Assembly: GCA_012840075.1 (NCBI GenBank)
Contig: DUMC01000151.1
Span: 1,449-65,448, forward strand
Direction: 5' to 3'
Length of the DNA stretch: 64,000 nt
DNA from: Clostridiaceae bacterium
GTDB lineage: Bacteria; Bacillota; Clostridia; Acetivibrionales; DUMC01
Made by a program: the position numbers and the translations under genes. The notes under the pieces are model-generated. The model was not told the DNA's origin. It searched no databases and saw nothing but the letters and a program-made list of their open reading frames with translations. Shown in pieces: positions 52,368 through 64,000 of the stretch (the stretch's first letter is position 1; each line of letters begins with the position of its first letter).

Positions 52368-53912
52368 ATGAATAAGAACGCGAAAAGAAAAGAAATAAAA
52401 AATCAGGGTAAGTCTACAAAATATATTAAGTCTTCGGTTAAAATTGTTTCGGTATTTCTCATTCTGGTCATAACAGTGGTGTTTAATGCAAGTACTGTAG
52501 GAGCGACTGAGAGCAAAGCACTTAATCTCGACTATTTAAATAGCATAATGGAGTTAATCGATTCAAAATACGCTGGGGAAGTTGATAATAATAAATTATT
52601 GGAGGGAGTTTTAAAAGGAATATTTGGTTCGTTGGACCCATACACTCAATTTTATACTCCGGAAGAGGCAAAGCAATTTTTTGGCTCAGTGGAAGGTTCA
52701 TATGAAGGAATAGGCATAGCTATAGAAAAACAAAATAATGTTATAATCATAACTAAAGTTTTTCCCGGGACACCCGCTGATCAAGCAGGATTAATCCAAG
52801 GAGACAAGATAATTTCCATAGATATGAAGAGTACTGCTGATATGACGGTAGAAGAGGCAGCTAATTATATACGTGGCTTGACCGGTACAAAAGTAACACT
52901 GGGAATTATGCGAGGCAACAGTAATGATGCTAAAATTGTGGAAGTGGAAAGGAAGAAAATCAAACTCAACCCTGTAACTTACGAGATAAAAGGCGATATC
53001 GCGTATATAAAACTTGAGACATTTAATGCTAACACGGAAGAATTTTTTAATGATGCTTTAAAAGAAATTGATGATAAAGGAATAAGCAAAATTATATTGG
53101 ACTTAAGAGACAATCCCGGCGGGCTGGTAGACCAAGGTGTGGCATTAGCAAGGCATTTTGTACCTAAAGGACTGATTACCAAGTTAGTATTCAAATCCGA
53201 AGATATGCCCGATCAGGAATATAATTCTTACCTTGAGAATCCCAAATATAAACTCGTTGTGCTGGTAAACGAAATGAGCGCCAGTGCGTCGGAAATAGTG
53301 GCAGGAGCAATACAAGATACTAAAGCAGGAACAATAGTCGGAACCAAAACTTACGGTAAAGCCAAAGTTCAAAATTTGCTACCCATCTTAACTCCGGAAG
53401 CTTATGAAAAATATGCAAAAATCGTCAATGACAAAGTGGTAGAAGCTTATGATTTAATAAGTAAGCACGGTGTTAATCCGTTAAATAGCGAAGTTCTGGG
53501 ATGGATAAAAATCACAACGGGATATTATGTAACACCCAATAACAGGATGATAGACGGAGAAGGTATAACTCCTGATGTAATTGTAGAAAGCACAACTGTT
53601 GTAGACGGTATACATATAAACAGCATACAAAAGCTGTCATTAACCTGGAAACCAACTCTTGGGGATGATGGTTTAGATGTTTATAACGCAGAAAAGATTT
53701 TGAAACTTTTAGGTTATGATATAGGCACTCCCGATACTTATCTTGATGAGAAGACATATTCGCAGATATCAAAATTCAGGACGGACAGAGGCTTTTATGC
53801 CGGAGGTGTATTGGATTTTACGACGCAAAAAGCTTTAAATGAAGCATATGAATTTCTTAGAATTTTATATGATAAGCAATATGCAAAAGCGCTTGAAATA
53901 TTAAGAAAATAA
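52368..53912 (+). CDS. ctpA: S41 carboxyl-terminal processing protease (CtpA/CtpB-like) with PDZ and PG-binding domains
   Basis: LDPYT, GIGI, LDLRDNPGG, SASASE, TYGK, GITPD. Confidence 0.88.
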   Translation: MNKNAKRKEIKNQGKSTKYIKSSVKIVSVFLILVITVVFNASTVGATESKALNLDYLNSIMELIDSKYAGEVDNNKLLEGVLKGIFGSLDPYTQFYTPEEAKQFFGSVEGSYEGIGIAIEKQNNVIIITKVFPGTPADQAGLIQGDKIISIDMKSTADMTVEEAANYIRGLTGTKVTLGIMRGNSNDAKIVEVERKKIKLNPVTYEIKGDIAYIKLETFNANTEEFFNDALKEIDDKGISKIILDLRDNPGGLVDQGVALARHFVPKGLITKLVFKSEDMPDQEYNSYLENPKYKLVVLVNEMSASASEIVAGAIQDTKAGTIVGTKTYGKAKVQNLLPILTPEAYEKYAKIVNDKVVEAYDLISKHGVNPLNSEVLGWIKITTGYYVTPNNRMIDGEGITPDVIVESTTVVDGIHINSIQKLSLTWKPTLGDDGLDVYNAEKILKLLGYDIGTPDTYLDEKTYSQISKFRTDRGFYAGGVLDFTTQKALNEAYEFLRILYDKQYAKALEILRK

Positions 53913-53948
53913 TAATTCTTTAGCTTTAAACCTATTTCGGAGGAGTAA

Positions 53949-55562
<1,614 letters not shown>

Positions 55563-55660
55563 ACCGCTAATTTCAAAAAATCTGCCATATTAATTTATTA
55601 ATTTGTTGATTTATTAAATATGCCATGATTAATTTTTAATATATGATAGAATCACCATGC

Positions 55661-55692
55661 AGAGGAACGTACGAATTCGTTCCTCTTTTTTA
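55661..55692 (+). terminator. Intrinsic terminator after pyrG
   Basis: AGAGGAACG...CGTTCCTCT followed by a T-tract. Confidence 0.75.
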
Positions 55693-55718
55693 TTTATTTT
55701 ATAAATACCCCCTTTGTT

Positions 55719-55748
55719 GTATAATTCTTTTTTTTACTGGTAATACTT
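55719..55748 (+). promoter_or_regulatory. SigF promoter of spoIIR
   Basis: GTATA-N15-GGTAATACTT matches the SigF consensus. spoIIR is SigF-dependent. Confidence 0.8.
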
Positions 55749-55794
55749 AATATCAAAAGAAGATGTAACATAATTTGAAAATAGGGGGATATTC

Positions 55795-56511
55795 ATGAAT
55801 AAAAGATTATTTTTAATAAATAAAAAATTTTTTATTAAAAAAGGCACGTATTTTAAAAAAGGCATATATTTATTATCGGTCAGTCTTTTGTCTTTATTCA
55901 TATATTCTGCCTTCTACTCTGACAGTATATCAAAGGGGATAGCCGAAAATTTGGTCAGATTGCATGTTGTTGCTGAAAGCGATTCCGTAGAAGATCAGGA
56001 ACTTAAGTTAAGTGTCAGGGATGCCGTAATTGATTATATGTATGATAAACTGTCAGAAGCAAAGGATATCGGAGAATCCAAAAAAATAATAGAAGAGAAC
56101 TTGAATAATATAACAAAAGTGGCTGAGAATGTAATACGTTCCAGTGGAAAAGAAGTGCCTGTGACAGCAACCTTAGGAATATATCCTTTCCCTACAAAAA
56201 AATACGGTGATATTACTTTACCGGCAGGAAATTATCATGCTTTAAAAGTTGTGATAGGAAACGGGAAAGGCGCGAATTGGTGGTGTGTCTTGTTTCCTCC
56301 TCTATGCATTGTGGACGTAACACATGGAACTATATCCGAGTCGGTAAAAGAAGAGCTGAAAAATGCTTTAACAGATGATGAATACAAAATCATAAGTTCT
56401 GCTGAAAGTGATGACGATATACCTGTAAAAATAAAGTTTAAAATAGTTGAATTTTTTCAAAATTCCAAAATAAGGTTTTCAGGCTTGATTAGTAAAATTT
56501 TTGGTGATTAA
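55795..56511 (+). CDS. spoIIR: Stage II sporulation protein R
   Basis: RLHVVAESDS..DQ.LK..VRD, FPTKKYG, GKGANWWCVLFPPLC. Confidence 0.95.
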   Translation: MNKRLFLINKKFFIKKGTYFKKGIYLLSVSLLSLFIYSAFYSDSISKGIAENLVRLHVVAESDSVEDQELKLSVRDAVIDYMYDKLSEAKDIGESKKIIEENLNNITKVAENVIRSSGKEVPVTATLGIYPFPTKKYGDITLPAGNYHALKVVIGNGKGANWWCVLFPPLCIVDVTHGTISESVKEELKNALTDDEYKIISSAESDDDIPVKIKFKIVEFFQNSKIRFSGLISKIFGD

Positions 56512-56575
56512 TCAATAATTTTTAAATAATTAATCTATACCAATAAAGTGTTAAAAATTGGAGAATGGAAATGAA

Positions 56576-57487
56576 ATGCAAGGTAAAATTGATGATAAAA
56601 ATAACTATATGACAAATGAGAAAATAAAAAAAGCTTATGAAATACTGGGTGTAAGAGAAGGAGCCGGCAGAGATGAAATAGAAAGAAGGTATTTTTTACT
56701 GGCTAAAAAACATTTAATTTTACAACGGGAAAATTTAAAAAGTGAAGTAGTAGGTCTCAATATGGAAAAAATAAATGAGGCCTATTATTTATTAATAGGT
56801 CTACATAGCCATGATACTAAAAAATTGCTTGGCTCAGATGATGAAGAGCTTAGCTCAGATAAAATGGCTCAAAAATTAAAGGTGTATATAAGGGAGAATA
56901 TCGGAAAAGTAATAGCAGTATTCATTATTGTGCTTATAGGGGCAGTTATTTTGCTCTTCTCCGATAGCAACAATTATATTAATATAGTGATTTTTGGTGA
57001 ATATGAGAATAATCTCCGTTTTATTAAAGCATTTGAAAGTAAAAATACAATTATTAACAGAATTTTTAGACCTAAAAATGTAAAAATACAGGAGTTTGTA
57101 TTATCAGAAAATCTTCCTTTACCATATAAATTGGAGATGATGTTAGCAGCATATAAATTTGTAACCCAGGGTGATTATCATGTTCTTATAATGGACAGGG
57201 AAAGCTTTATTGAGTACGGAACTGTAGCAAATATAGCAAAACTTGATGAAATTATTAATGAGCTTGGATTGGATAAAGGTAGTTATTTTACAATAAAAAA
57301 ACCGGGCATAGACGAAAAAGAACATATTTACGCTTTAAATGCAGCACATATAATTAATGGATATGATTTCACTCAAGCCGAAGATTCCCTTGAAGATACG
57401 CACGTAATAGCCTTCAGGGAAGGCTTGGATTATGATATAATTAAACTGGTTATCGAAGCAATGCATCTTCTGATTGAACAACAGTAA
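56576..57487 (+). CDS. Membrane protein with an N-terminal J-like domain lacking HPD
   Basis: AYEILGV..GA..DEI..RY..LAKK...EKINEAY, one TM helix, and a ~170-aa C-terminal domain. Confidence 0.72.
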   Translation: MQGKIDDKNNYMTNEKIKKAYEILGVREGAGRDEIERRYFLLAKKHLILQRENLKSEVVGLNMEKINEAYYLLIGLHSHDTKKLLGSDDEELSSDKMAQKLKVYIRENIGKVIAVFIIVLIGAVILLFSDSNNYINIVIFGEYENNLRFIKAFESKNTIINRIFRPKNVKIQEFVLSENLPLPYKLEMMLAAYKFVTQGDYHVLIMDRESFIEYGTVANIAKLDEIINELGLDKGSYFTIKKPGIDEKEHIYALNAAHIINGYDFTQAEDSLEDTHVIAFREGLDYDIIKLVIEAMHLLIEQQ

Positions 57488-57572
57488 ATTGTTTGAATAA
57501 TAAGCTGAAATAAGCTGTAATATATAACGATACTAAAACTTTAAAAAATAAAATTGGAAATTTAAAAAATTC

Positions 57573-57601
57573 TTGACTTATACGAGTTTTTATGTTAAAG
57601 T
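57573..57601 (+). promoter_or_regulatory. SigA-type promoter of rpmG-secE-nusG
   Basis: TTGACT-N17-TAAAGT with a TG extension. Confidence 0.55.
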
Positions 57602-57663
57602 AAGTATTGCTCTTGGTGTAGGCTTTTTTTTTATGCCATTTAGCTAAGCTGGAGGTGTAGGAG

Positions 57664-57813
57664 TTGAGAGTTAAAATTACATTGGCATGTTCTGAGTGCA
57701 AACGCAGAAATTACAATACGACAAAAAACAGAAAAAATGATCCTGACAGGATTGAATTGAGCAAATACTGCAAGTTCTGCCGCAAACACACAGTTCACAG
57801 AGAGACAAGATAG
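57664..57813 (+). CDS. rpmG: 50S ribosomal protein L33 (zinc-ribbon type), not in the ORF track
   Basis: TTG start after [56 protein letters not shown]. Confidence 0.96.
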   Translation: MRVKITLACSECKRRNYNTTKNRKNDPDRIELSKYCKFCRKHTVHRETR

Positions 57814-57936
57814 GCGTATATTTGATTGTAAAATATGATATAGTATAGATGTATGGCATATTATAATAATTAATATTGTGTTTAAAAGGACAAATAAACA
57901 CATATAAGTCAAAAAGTAAGATGGAGTTGTGTAACA

Positions 57937-58152
57937 ATGGCTGTAAGAATGGAATCAGTAAAACAATTGGGAAAGAAAATCGTAAAACATTTTAAAGAAG
58001 TAAGAGGCGAATTGAAGAAAGTAGTATGGCTAACTAGGGAACAGTTGATTACCAGTACTATCGCTGTGTTTGCTGTATGCTTGTTTTTCGGTATTATTAT
58101 ATGGATAGTGGATTTGGGCTTTTCATTAATTATGGAATATACCTTTAAATAA
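57937..58152 (+). CDS. secE: Preprotein translocase subunit SecE
   Basis: FKEVRGELKKVVW plus one TM helix; lies between rpmG and nusG. Confidence 0.93.
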   Translation: MAVRMESVKQLGKKIVKHFKEVRGELKKVVWLTREQLITSTIAVFAVCLFFGIIIWIVDLGFSLIMEYTFK

Positions 58153-58200
58153 TTAAAAAGTTTACTTATTTGTGATTTTTAAAGGAGGATACTTGTATTA

Positions 58201-58734
58201 ATGCTTCCTGAAGAGGTTTCCGAAGGCCTGAAATGGTATGTTATTCATACGTATTCGGGGTACGAAAATAAGGTAAAAGCTAACCTTGAAAAGATTATTA
58301 AAAGCCGTGGTATGGAAGATTATATAGTTGATATAGTCATACCAATGGAAGAACAAGTTGAAATTAAAGATGGTAAAAAGAGAACGACTTTAAAAAAGAT
58401 ATTCCCTGGATACGTCCTTATAAAAATGATAATGACCGATGAAACCTGGTATCTTGTTAGAAGTATCAGAGGGGTTACCGGGTTTGTAGGACCATTGTCC
58501 AAACCTGTGCCTTTAACTGATGAAGAGATTAAGTTCATGAGAGTAGAAAGTTTTCCGCCTGTGGTGGATTACGAAGTTGGAGACAGTGTGAGGGTTATTT
58601 CAGGTCCTCTCGAGAACTTCATAGGTACTGTAGAAGAAATTAGTGTTGATAAAAAGAAAGTGCGTGTTTCCGTATCCATGTTTGGTCGAGAGACACCGGT
58701 TGAGCTTGATTTTGACCAAATACAGAAGTTATAG
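58201..58734 (+). CDS. nusG: Transcription termination/antitermination factor NusG
   Basis: WYVIHTYSGYENKVK, FPGYV, KOW domain, MFGRETPVEL. Confidence 0.97.
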   Translation: MLPEEVSEGLKWYVIHTYSGYENKVKANLEKIIKSRGMEDYIVDIVIPMEEQVEIKDGKKRTTLKKIFPGYVLIKMIMTDETWYLVRSIRGVTGFVGPLSKPVPLTDEEIKFMRVESFPPVVDYEVGDSVRVISGPLENFIGTVEEISVDKKKVRVSVSMFGRETPVELDFDQIQKL

Positions 58735-59059
58735 TTTTAAGTTTTGATTTTTAGCTGATTAGAATTTTATTGAATAAAGAGAGTTTTGATTTATGTATTA
58801 TTAAAAAGGGAGCTTTAATTTAAGTATTATTCAGTTGGTTTTTTAATGTGAAAGTTCAGTTATTATATTTAGGCGCTATCAACTGAATAATGACTTAAAA
58901 TTTATATATAAATTAAATAATGACTTAAAAATTTTATATTTAAATTTATATATAAATCATTAATGTTAAGTTAATATATACATTTTATATAAAAAATGTA
59001 TTTTTTATTTTAGAAGATACAAGAAGATTGAAGATTAATGATTGGGAGGTGGACATAAA

Positions 59060-59485
59060 ATGGCAAAAAAAATAGTAGGTTATGTAAAACTGCAAATACC
59101 TGCAGGTAAAGCAACTCCGGCTCCACCGGTTGGACCAGCTTTAGGACAGCATGGTGTTAACATTATGGGGTTTTGTAAAGAGTTTAATGAAAGGACAGCA
59201 AAAGATGCAGGTTTGGTAATACCTGTTGTAATAACCATATATTCGGACAGATCATTCTCTTTCATTACAAAAACACCACCTGCTTCCGTATTGTTAAAAC
59301 GAGCATGTAATATAGAAAGCGGTTCAGGCAGACCAAACAGGGATAAGGTTGCTAAAATATCAAGGGAAGAACTTAGAAAAATAGCTGAACTCAAAATGCC
59401 TGATCTGAATGCCGCAAGCATAGAAGCTGCAGAAAGAATGATTGCAGGAACCGCTAGGAGCATGGGTATTGTTGTAGAAGATTAA
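59060..59485 (+). CDS. rplK: 50S ribosomal protein L11
   Basis: [23 protein letters not shown]. Confidence 0.98.
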   Translation: MAKKIVGYVKLQIPAGKATPAPPVGPALGQHGVNIMGFCKEFNERTAKDAGLVIPVVITIYSDRSFSFITKTPPASVLLKRACNIESGSGRPNRDKVAKISREELRKIAELKMPDLNAASIEAAERMIAGTARSMGIVVED

Positions 59486-59552
59486 GATGTTTGGTTATTT
59501 ATTAAAAATAATTCACGGCACATTGTATGTGCATAAATATAAATAACTAAAC

Positions 59553-59587
59553 GTGGGAGGGAAATTTCCCGAAACAAAATAAACCAC
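59553..59587 (+). promoter_or_regulatory. L1 autoregulatory RNA site upstream of rplA
   Basis: GTGGGAG-GGAAATTTCC...AAACCAC immediately before the rplA RBS, as commonly seen in Firmicutes. Confidence 0.65.
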
Positions 59588-59601
59588 GGAGGTGAAAGGA
59601 A

Positions 59602-60285
59602 ATGAAGAGAGGAAAAAGGTATTTAGAAGCAGCTAAACTAGTAGATAGGCAAAAACTTTACAGCCCAAGAGAAGCAATTGAATTGGTTCAAAAAACAAGC
59701 ACCGCAAAATTTGATGAGACAGTTGAAGCACATTTTAGGCTTGGCGTTGATTCCAGGCATGCGGACCAACAGGTAAGAGGAGCAGTTGTACTCCCTCATG
59801 GTACAGGTAAGCAGGTCAGAGTTCTGGTTTTTGCAAAAGGAGATAAAGCCAGGGAAGCCGAAGAAGCCGGTGCAGATTATGTAGGAGCAGAAGAACTGGT
59901 AGCAAGAATTCAGAATGAAAACTGGTTTGAATTTGATGCAGTTGTTGCAACACCTGATATGATGAGTGTTGTAGGAAGAATCGGTAGGATATTGGGACCA
60001 AGAGGGTTAATGCCTAATCCAAAAGCCGGTACTGTAACAATGGATGTTGCAAGAGCGGTAAGAGAACTTAAAGCAGGAAAAATTGAGTATAGGCTTGATA
60101 AGACAAATATCATACATTGTCCTATCGGGAAAGTATCATTTGGAACAGAAAAGCTTTTGGAAAACTTCAATACATTATTAGATGCTATTATTAGAGCAAA
60201 ACCGGCGGCTGCTAAGGGACAATACTTGAAATCTGTAGTTATTACATCTACAATGGGTCCTGGTATAAAAGTTGCTACAACTTAA
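59602..60285 (+). CDS. rplA: 50S ribosomal protein L1
   Basis: [32 protein letters not shown]. Confidence 0.98.
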   Translation: MKRGKRYLEAAKLVDRQKLYSPREAIELVQKTSTAKFDETVEAHFRLGVDSRHADQQVRGAVVLPHGTGKQVRVLVFAKGDKAREAEEAGADYVGAEELVARIQNENWFEFDAVVATPDMMSVVGRIGRILGPRGLMPNPKAGTVTMDVARAVRELKAGKIEYRLDKTNIIHCPIGKVSFGTEKLLENFNTLLDAIIRAKPAAAKGQYLKSVVITSTMGPGIKVATT

Positions 60286-60564
60286 GTTAATAGTTAATAT
60301 ACCGGAGCATTATAAAACTATTGTGATATTGTTTTGATATTATTATAGATTAAATAGTACAATAAATAGATGATTAAATAGAAGAGTCCTTTTGACAACG
60401 GTAATGACCGCATAAGAAATTTGAAAAATTTTAAGAAAAATATTTACTAAATGAAATTTTTAAATAAAATATTATTATGTGCTAAATATTATTATGTGCT
60501 AATGAATATGTTAATATAGAATAGAAAATAAAAAACTAAATAAAGAATATAAGAACTTCTAAAT

Positions 60565-60710
60565 GCCATAGACAGCAGGTGCTGAAAAGCGTAATAGATA
60601 ACGTAATTTGGTTATCTGCCTGCCGAGGCGAGGTTTGGGTAATAAGATTGCTTTATATAAATAAACCAATGACCCTTCGTATGTCTATGTGCATGCGAAG
60701 GGTTTATTTA
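60565..60710 (+). ncRNA. Ribosomal protein L10 leader (attenuator)
   Basis: CCATAGACAGCAGGTG...CCTGCCGAGG kink-turn motif, then the hairpin ACCCTTCGTATG...CATGCGAAGGGT and T-rich run before rplJ. Confidence 0.85.
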
Positions 60711-60738
60711 TTGCTCCGGAGGAGGTGAAAGGACAAAA

Positions 60739-61278
60739 ATGCCAAGTGAAAAAGTATTAAAGGAAAAACAGGAAATAGTACATGATATATCTGAAAAGCT
60801 TTCAACATCAAAAGGTATAATTTTTGCTGATTATAGAGGTCTTAGCGTAGAGCAGGATACAGAATTAAGAAAGGCTTTACGAAAAGCCGGTGTAAATTAT
60901 CGGGTAGTTAAAAATACTTTAACCAGAATTGCAGCTAATAATATTGGTTTAGCTGAATTAGAGCCTTTCTTGAAAGGGCCTACGGCTATGGCTTTTAGCC
61001 AGGATGATCCTGTAATTCCCGCTAAAATAATGAATGAATATGCAAACAAATATGAAAATCTCAAATTGAAAGCGGGATTAGTAGAAGGCAAAATAATTGG
61101 TGTAGATCAAATTAAATCTTTGGCAGATCTGCCGTCTAAAGATGTGCTCATAGCACAAGTACTTGGAGGTATGAAGGCTCCGATTACAGGACTTGTCAAT
61201 GTATTGAATGCAAATATCAGAGGTCTTGTAATAGCACTAAATGCTATAGCAGAAAAAAAGGAAAAAGCAGAAGCTTGA
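60739..61278 (+). CDS. rplJ: 50S ribosomal protein L10
   Basis: DYRGLSV, VVKNTL, LKGPTAMAF, LADLPS. Confidence 0.97.
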   Translation: MPSEKVLKEKQEIVHDISEKLSTSKGIIFADYRGLSVEQDTELRKALRKAGVNYRVVKNTLTRIAANNIGLAELEPFLKGPTAMAFSQDDPVIPAKIMNEYANKYENLKLKAGLVEGKIIGVDQIKSLADLPSKDVLIAQVLGGMKAPITGLVNVLNANIRGLVIALNAIAEKKEKAEA

Positions 61279-61459
61279 TTGTAAAATGTAAAAATGTAAA
61301 TTTTACAAATATATTTACAAATACAAGAAAGAACTTAACAGGTAAAAATTTAGAATTAAAGATTACAAATTAAATGTTGCAGATTACAAGTTATATAATT
61401 TAAAAAATTATAATTTCAGAAAAAGTATAAAAAAGAAACTATTATGGAGGTATGTAAGA

Positions 61460-61855
61460 ATGGCAAGTGAAAAAGTAACAAAATTAATTGAAGAAATAAA
61501 GAATTTAACAGTTTTAGAATTATCTGAATTAGTAAAAGCTCTTGAAGAAGAATTCGGAGTATCAGCAGCAGCACCTGTTGCATTTGCAGCAGCACCTGTA
61601 GCCGGAGGAGCAGCCGGAGCTGCAGCACCCGCTGAAGAAGAAAAGACAGAATTCAATGTTATATTGAAAGAAGTAGGAGCTGAAAAGATTAAGGTTATTA
61701 AAGTTATAAGAGAAATAACAGGTCTTGGACTCAAAGAAGCAAAAGATCTGGTTGACAAAGCTCCTAGCACAGTAAAAGAAAATGTATCAAAAGAAGAAGC
61801 TGCTTCAATCGAAGCTAAGCTTAAAGAAGTCGGAGCAACTGTTGAAATTAAATAA
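61460..61855 (+). CDS. rplL: 50S ribosomal protein L7/L12
   Basis: [37 protein letters not shown]. Confidence 0.98.
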   Translation: MASEKVTKLIEEIKNLTVLELSELVKALEEEFGVSAAAPVAFAAAPVAGGAAGAAAPAEEEKTEFNVILKEVGAEKIKVIKVIREITGLGLKEAKDLVDKAPSTVKENVSKEEAASIEAKLKEVGATVEIK

Positions 61856-61961
61856 AGCAACTTAAATTAAGTAACTTAAATTGAGAAAGTTATAGATAGC
61901 TTTAACTTAAAAGCTTAAAAAAGTTTAATAATCTTTTGCTCAAAAGCAGTAAATTTAAACC

Positions 61962-62004
61962 AAACAGGGACAGGGGGTACGTATTGACCTTGTCCCTGTT
62001 TTTG
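61962..62004 (+). terminator. Intrinsic terminator after rplL
   Basis: AAACAGGGACAGGG...CCTTGTCCCTGTTTTT. Confidence 0.75.
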
Positions 62005-62166
62005 TCACAGGTTGACTTTTAAAAAAACCTAATTTAAAATAAAAACAGAATAATACATTATTAATACTTTTATTTCCCAATATTTCCCAATACCCATGGT
62101 TCTCGCAGTTTAACAGGTTCATTACAACCAAGAATTCAATACAAAACAAAAGGAAGGTGCATATTT

Positions 62167-63570
62167 ATGAATGTTGATAAGATTAATGTAACACTACGAT
62201 ATACCCCTTCATTAGATAAAAATTTTATTCCGGCAGCATTATACAATCGTGCATTTTTAAAAGCAGTTAAAGAATCAGGAAAAGGTTTTCCTTTACGCAT
62301 TGCTATAGAAAGACATGATGGATTGATTTCTACTTATGATACTGAAGTTTTTGCAGAAAACTGTGGCATGGATGAGGCTAACTTTTTTTATGTTGAACGC
62401 CTTGTAAAAACACTTTTGTGGATCCGAGGCGGATGGAAAATTATAATCGGAGGTCCTAGAAGTATTGGCGAATACATTAAAAAAGCTTATTCACAAAACG
62501 GAATAAGAGCATTTGATGAAAAGTTCATGGGCAATGTTTATGAAAAGCCCTTTACTGTGGAAATTACTGATGTAGATAAAGTTCCAGCCGCAAAAGAGGA
62601 ATCAAAACCTATCGGACGTCATCTAGAAGGTTGTCGTATTGGATTTGATGCAGGAGGAAGCGATCGCAAAGTAGCTGCGGTTATCGACGGGGAACATGTA
62701 TATAGTGAAGAAGTTATATGGCATCCTAAAACTCAGGCTGATCCAGAATATCACTACAAAGAAATACTAACGGCTATGAAAACAGCTGCATCTCATATGC
62801 CAAGGGTAGATGCAATTGGAGTAAGCGCTGCAGGAATATACATTAATAACAGGGTAATGGTAGCTTCCTTATTTATTAAAATACCTGAGGACCTGTTTGA
62901 GAAAAAGGTTAAGAATATATTCCTGGATATACAAAAAGAAATGGGCGGAGTGCCGATTGAAGTTGCCAATGACGGAGATGTTACCGCACTTGCCGGTTCC
63001 ATGGAACTTAATGATAACTGTGTCCTTGGAATTGCTATGGGAACCAGCGAAGCAGGTGGATATGTAGACAAGCATGGAAATATAACCGGATGGTTGAATG
63101 AATTAGCATTTGTGCCTGTAGACTATAATAAGAATTCTGCAGTTGATGAATGGTCAGGAGATTACGGATGCGGTGTGAAATATTTCTCACAGGACGCAGT
63201 AATTAAATTAGCCCCTGAAGCAAGAATACACCTTGATGACAAATTAACTCCTGCTGAGAAATTAAAGGAAGTACAAAAATACTTGAGTGAAGGACATGAA
63301 GGAGCAAAGAAAATTTTTGAAAGCATTGGTTGTTACTTAGGTTATTCATTAGCTCACTATGCAGATTTTTATGATATAAAGCATGTCCTGATTTTGGGAA
63401 GGGTTACATCAGGTGAAGGAGGAAATCTAATCTTCAAAAAGGCGGAAGAAGTTCTCAAGGGTGAGTTTCCAGAGTTAGCACAGAAAATAACATTGCATCT
63501 TCCTGATGAATCAAAGAGGAGAGTAGGACAAGCGATTGCAGCAGCCAGCTTGGCTGAAATCAAGAAATAA
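62167..63570 (+). CDS. ROK-family protein (sugar kinase-like) with a ~150-aa N-terminal extension
   Basis: IGFDAGGSD, IGVSAAG, VANDGDVTAL, MGTSEAGG, ELAF. Confidence 0.85.
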   Translation: MNVDKINVTLRYTPSLDKNFIPAALYNRAFLKAVKESGKGFPLRIAIERHDGLISTYDTEVFAENCGMDEANFFYVERLVKTLLWIRGGWKIIIGGPRSIGEYIKKAYSQNGIRAFDEKFMGNVYEKPFTVEITDVDKVPAAKEESKPIGRHLEGCRIGFDAGGSDRKVAAVIDGEHVYSEEVIWHPKTQADPEYHYKEILTAMKTAASHMPRVDAIGVSAAGIYINNRVMVASLFIKIPEDLFEKKVKNIFLDIQKEMGGVPIEVANDGDVTALAGSMELNDNCVLGIAMGTSEAGGYVDKHGNITGWLNELAFVPVDYNKNSAVDEWSGDYGCGVKYFSQDAVIKLAPEARIHLDDKLTPAEKLKEVQKYLSEGHEGAKKIFESIGCYLGYSLAHYADFYDIKHVLILGRVTSGEGGNLIFKKAEEVLKGEFPELAQKITLHLPDESKRRVGQAIAAASLAEIKK

Positions 63571-63593
63571 ATGCAAAAGTAAACGAAAATTAA

Positions 63594-63662
63594 ATGGGGT
63601 CAGGATTGAATAATTTATTTGAAATAACTTAAGAGTAATTAATTCAAACCTGACCCCCCATT
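63594..63662. repeat. Family B REPIN-like palindrome
   Basis: ATGGGGTCAGGATTGAATAATT ... AATTAATTCAAACCTGACCCCCCAT. Confidence 0.75.
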
Positions 63663-63736
63663 AACAATTTTACAATTTAAACTAACAAACTTTAAATATA
63701 TAAACTTTAAATATATTTAGATGGAGAGTGATCAAT

Positions 63737-64000
63737 GTGAAATTAAGACAAGAAGGAGCAGAGTTTTTTATACCGGACGGTATTCCGGCAGAAGAAGGAA
63801 TAGCGAGAACAACTCATATGGCAATATCAGCACACCAGGATGATATTGAAATTATGGCCTACCACGGTATTATAGAATGTTTCGGCAAGGATGATAAATG
63901 GTTTTTTGCTTGCGTGGTGACTGACGGAGCAGGAAGCCCTAGGGATGATCTATATGCCCACTATACAGATGAGGATATGAAAAAAGTCAGGAAAAAAGAG
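63737..64000 (+). CDS. PIG-L/LmbE-family deacetylase (runs off the window end)
   Basis: GTG start after GGAG. MKLRQEGAEFFIPDG...AISAHQDDIEIMAYHG...VVTDGAGS. Confidence 0.85.
   Translation, partial: MKLRQEGAEFFIPDGIPAEEGIARTTHMAISAHQDDIEIMAYHGIIECFGKDDKWFFACVVTDGAGSPRDDLYAHYTDEDMKKVRKKE

Overview
Low-GC chromosomal segment of a spore-forming Clostridia bacterium. Gene content and order suggest an Acetivibrio/Ruminiclostridium-like lineage (inference). The conserved backbone is clpC ... radA ... carD-yacL-ispD/ispF-proS ... gerM, ddl-murI-argS, sleB, ctpA-pyrG, spoIIR, rpmG-secE-nusG-rplK-rplA-rplJ-rplL. It is interrupted between radA and carD by a ~20 kb accessory block. That block holds a decayed AAA-ATPase gene, a carbohydrate ABC locus with a frameshifted binding protein and a Cache-AraC regulator, a serine hydrolase, a hemerythrin-CheX pair, an HMA/P1B-ATPase/Crp-Fnr operon with a perfect Fnr-type box, an OmpR two-component system and a Phd-Uma2 fusion gene. 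No tRNA, rRNA, CRISPR array or intact transposase was seen. The most notable observations are: (i) a candidate O2/redox-sensing module (hemerythrin-CheX next to an Fnr-box-driven metal ATPase operon); (ii) a Phd-Uma2 fusion preceded by 12-bp-phased TGTACA-like operators; (iii) three families of REP/REPIN-like palindromes, some supplying stop codons and C-terminal residues of genes; (iv) pervasive short tandem duplications that expand intergenic DNA, echo gene ends and put low-complexity inserts into core enzymes. All calls come from reading the sequence; no searches were run.
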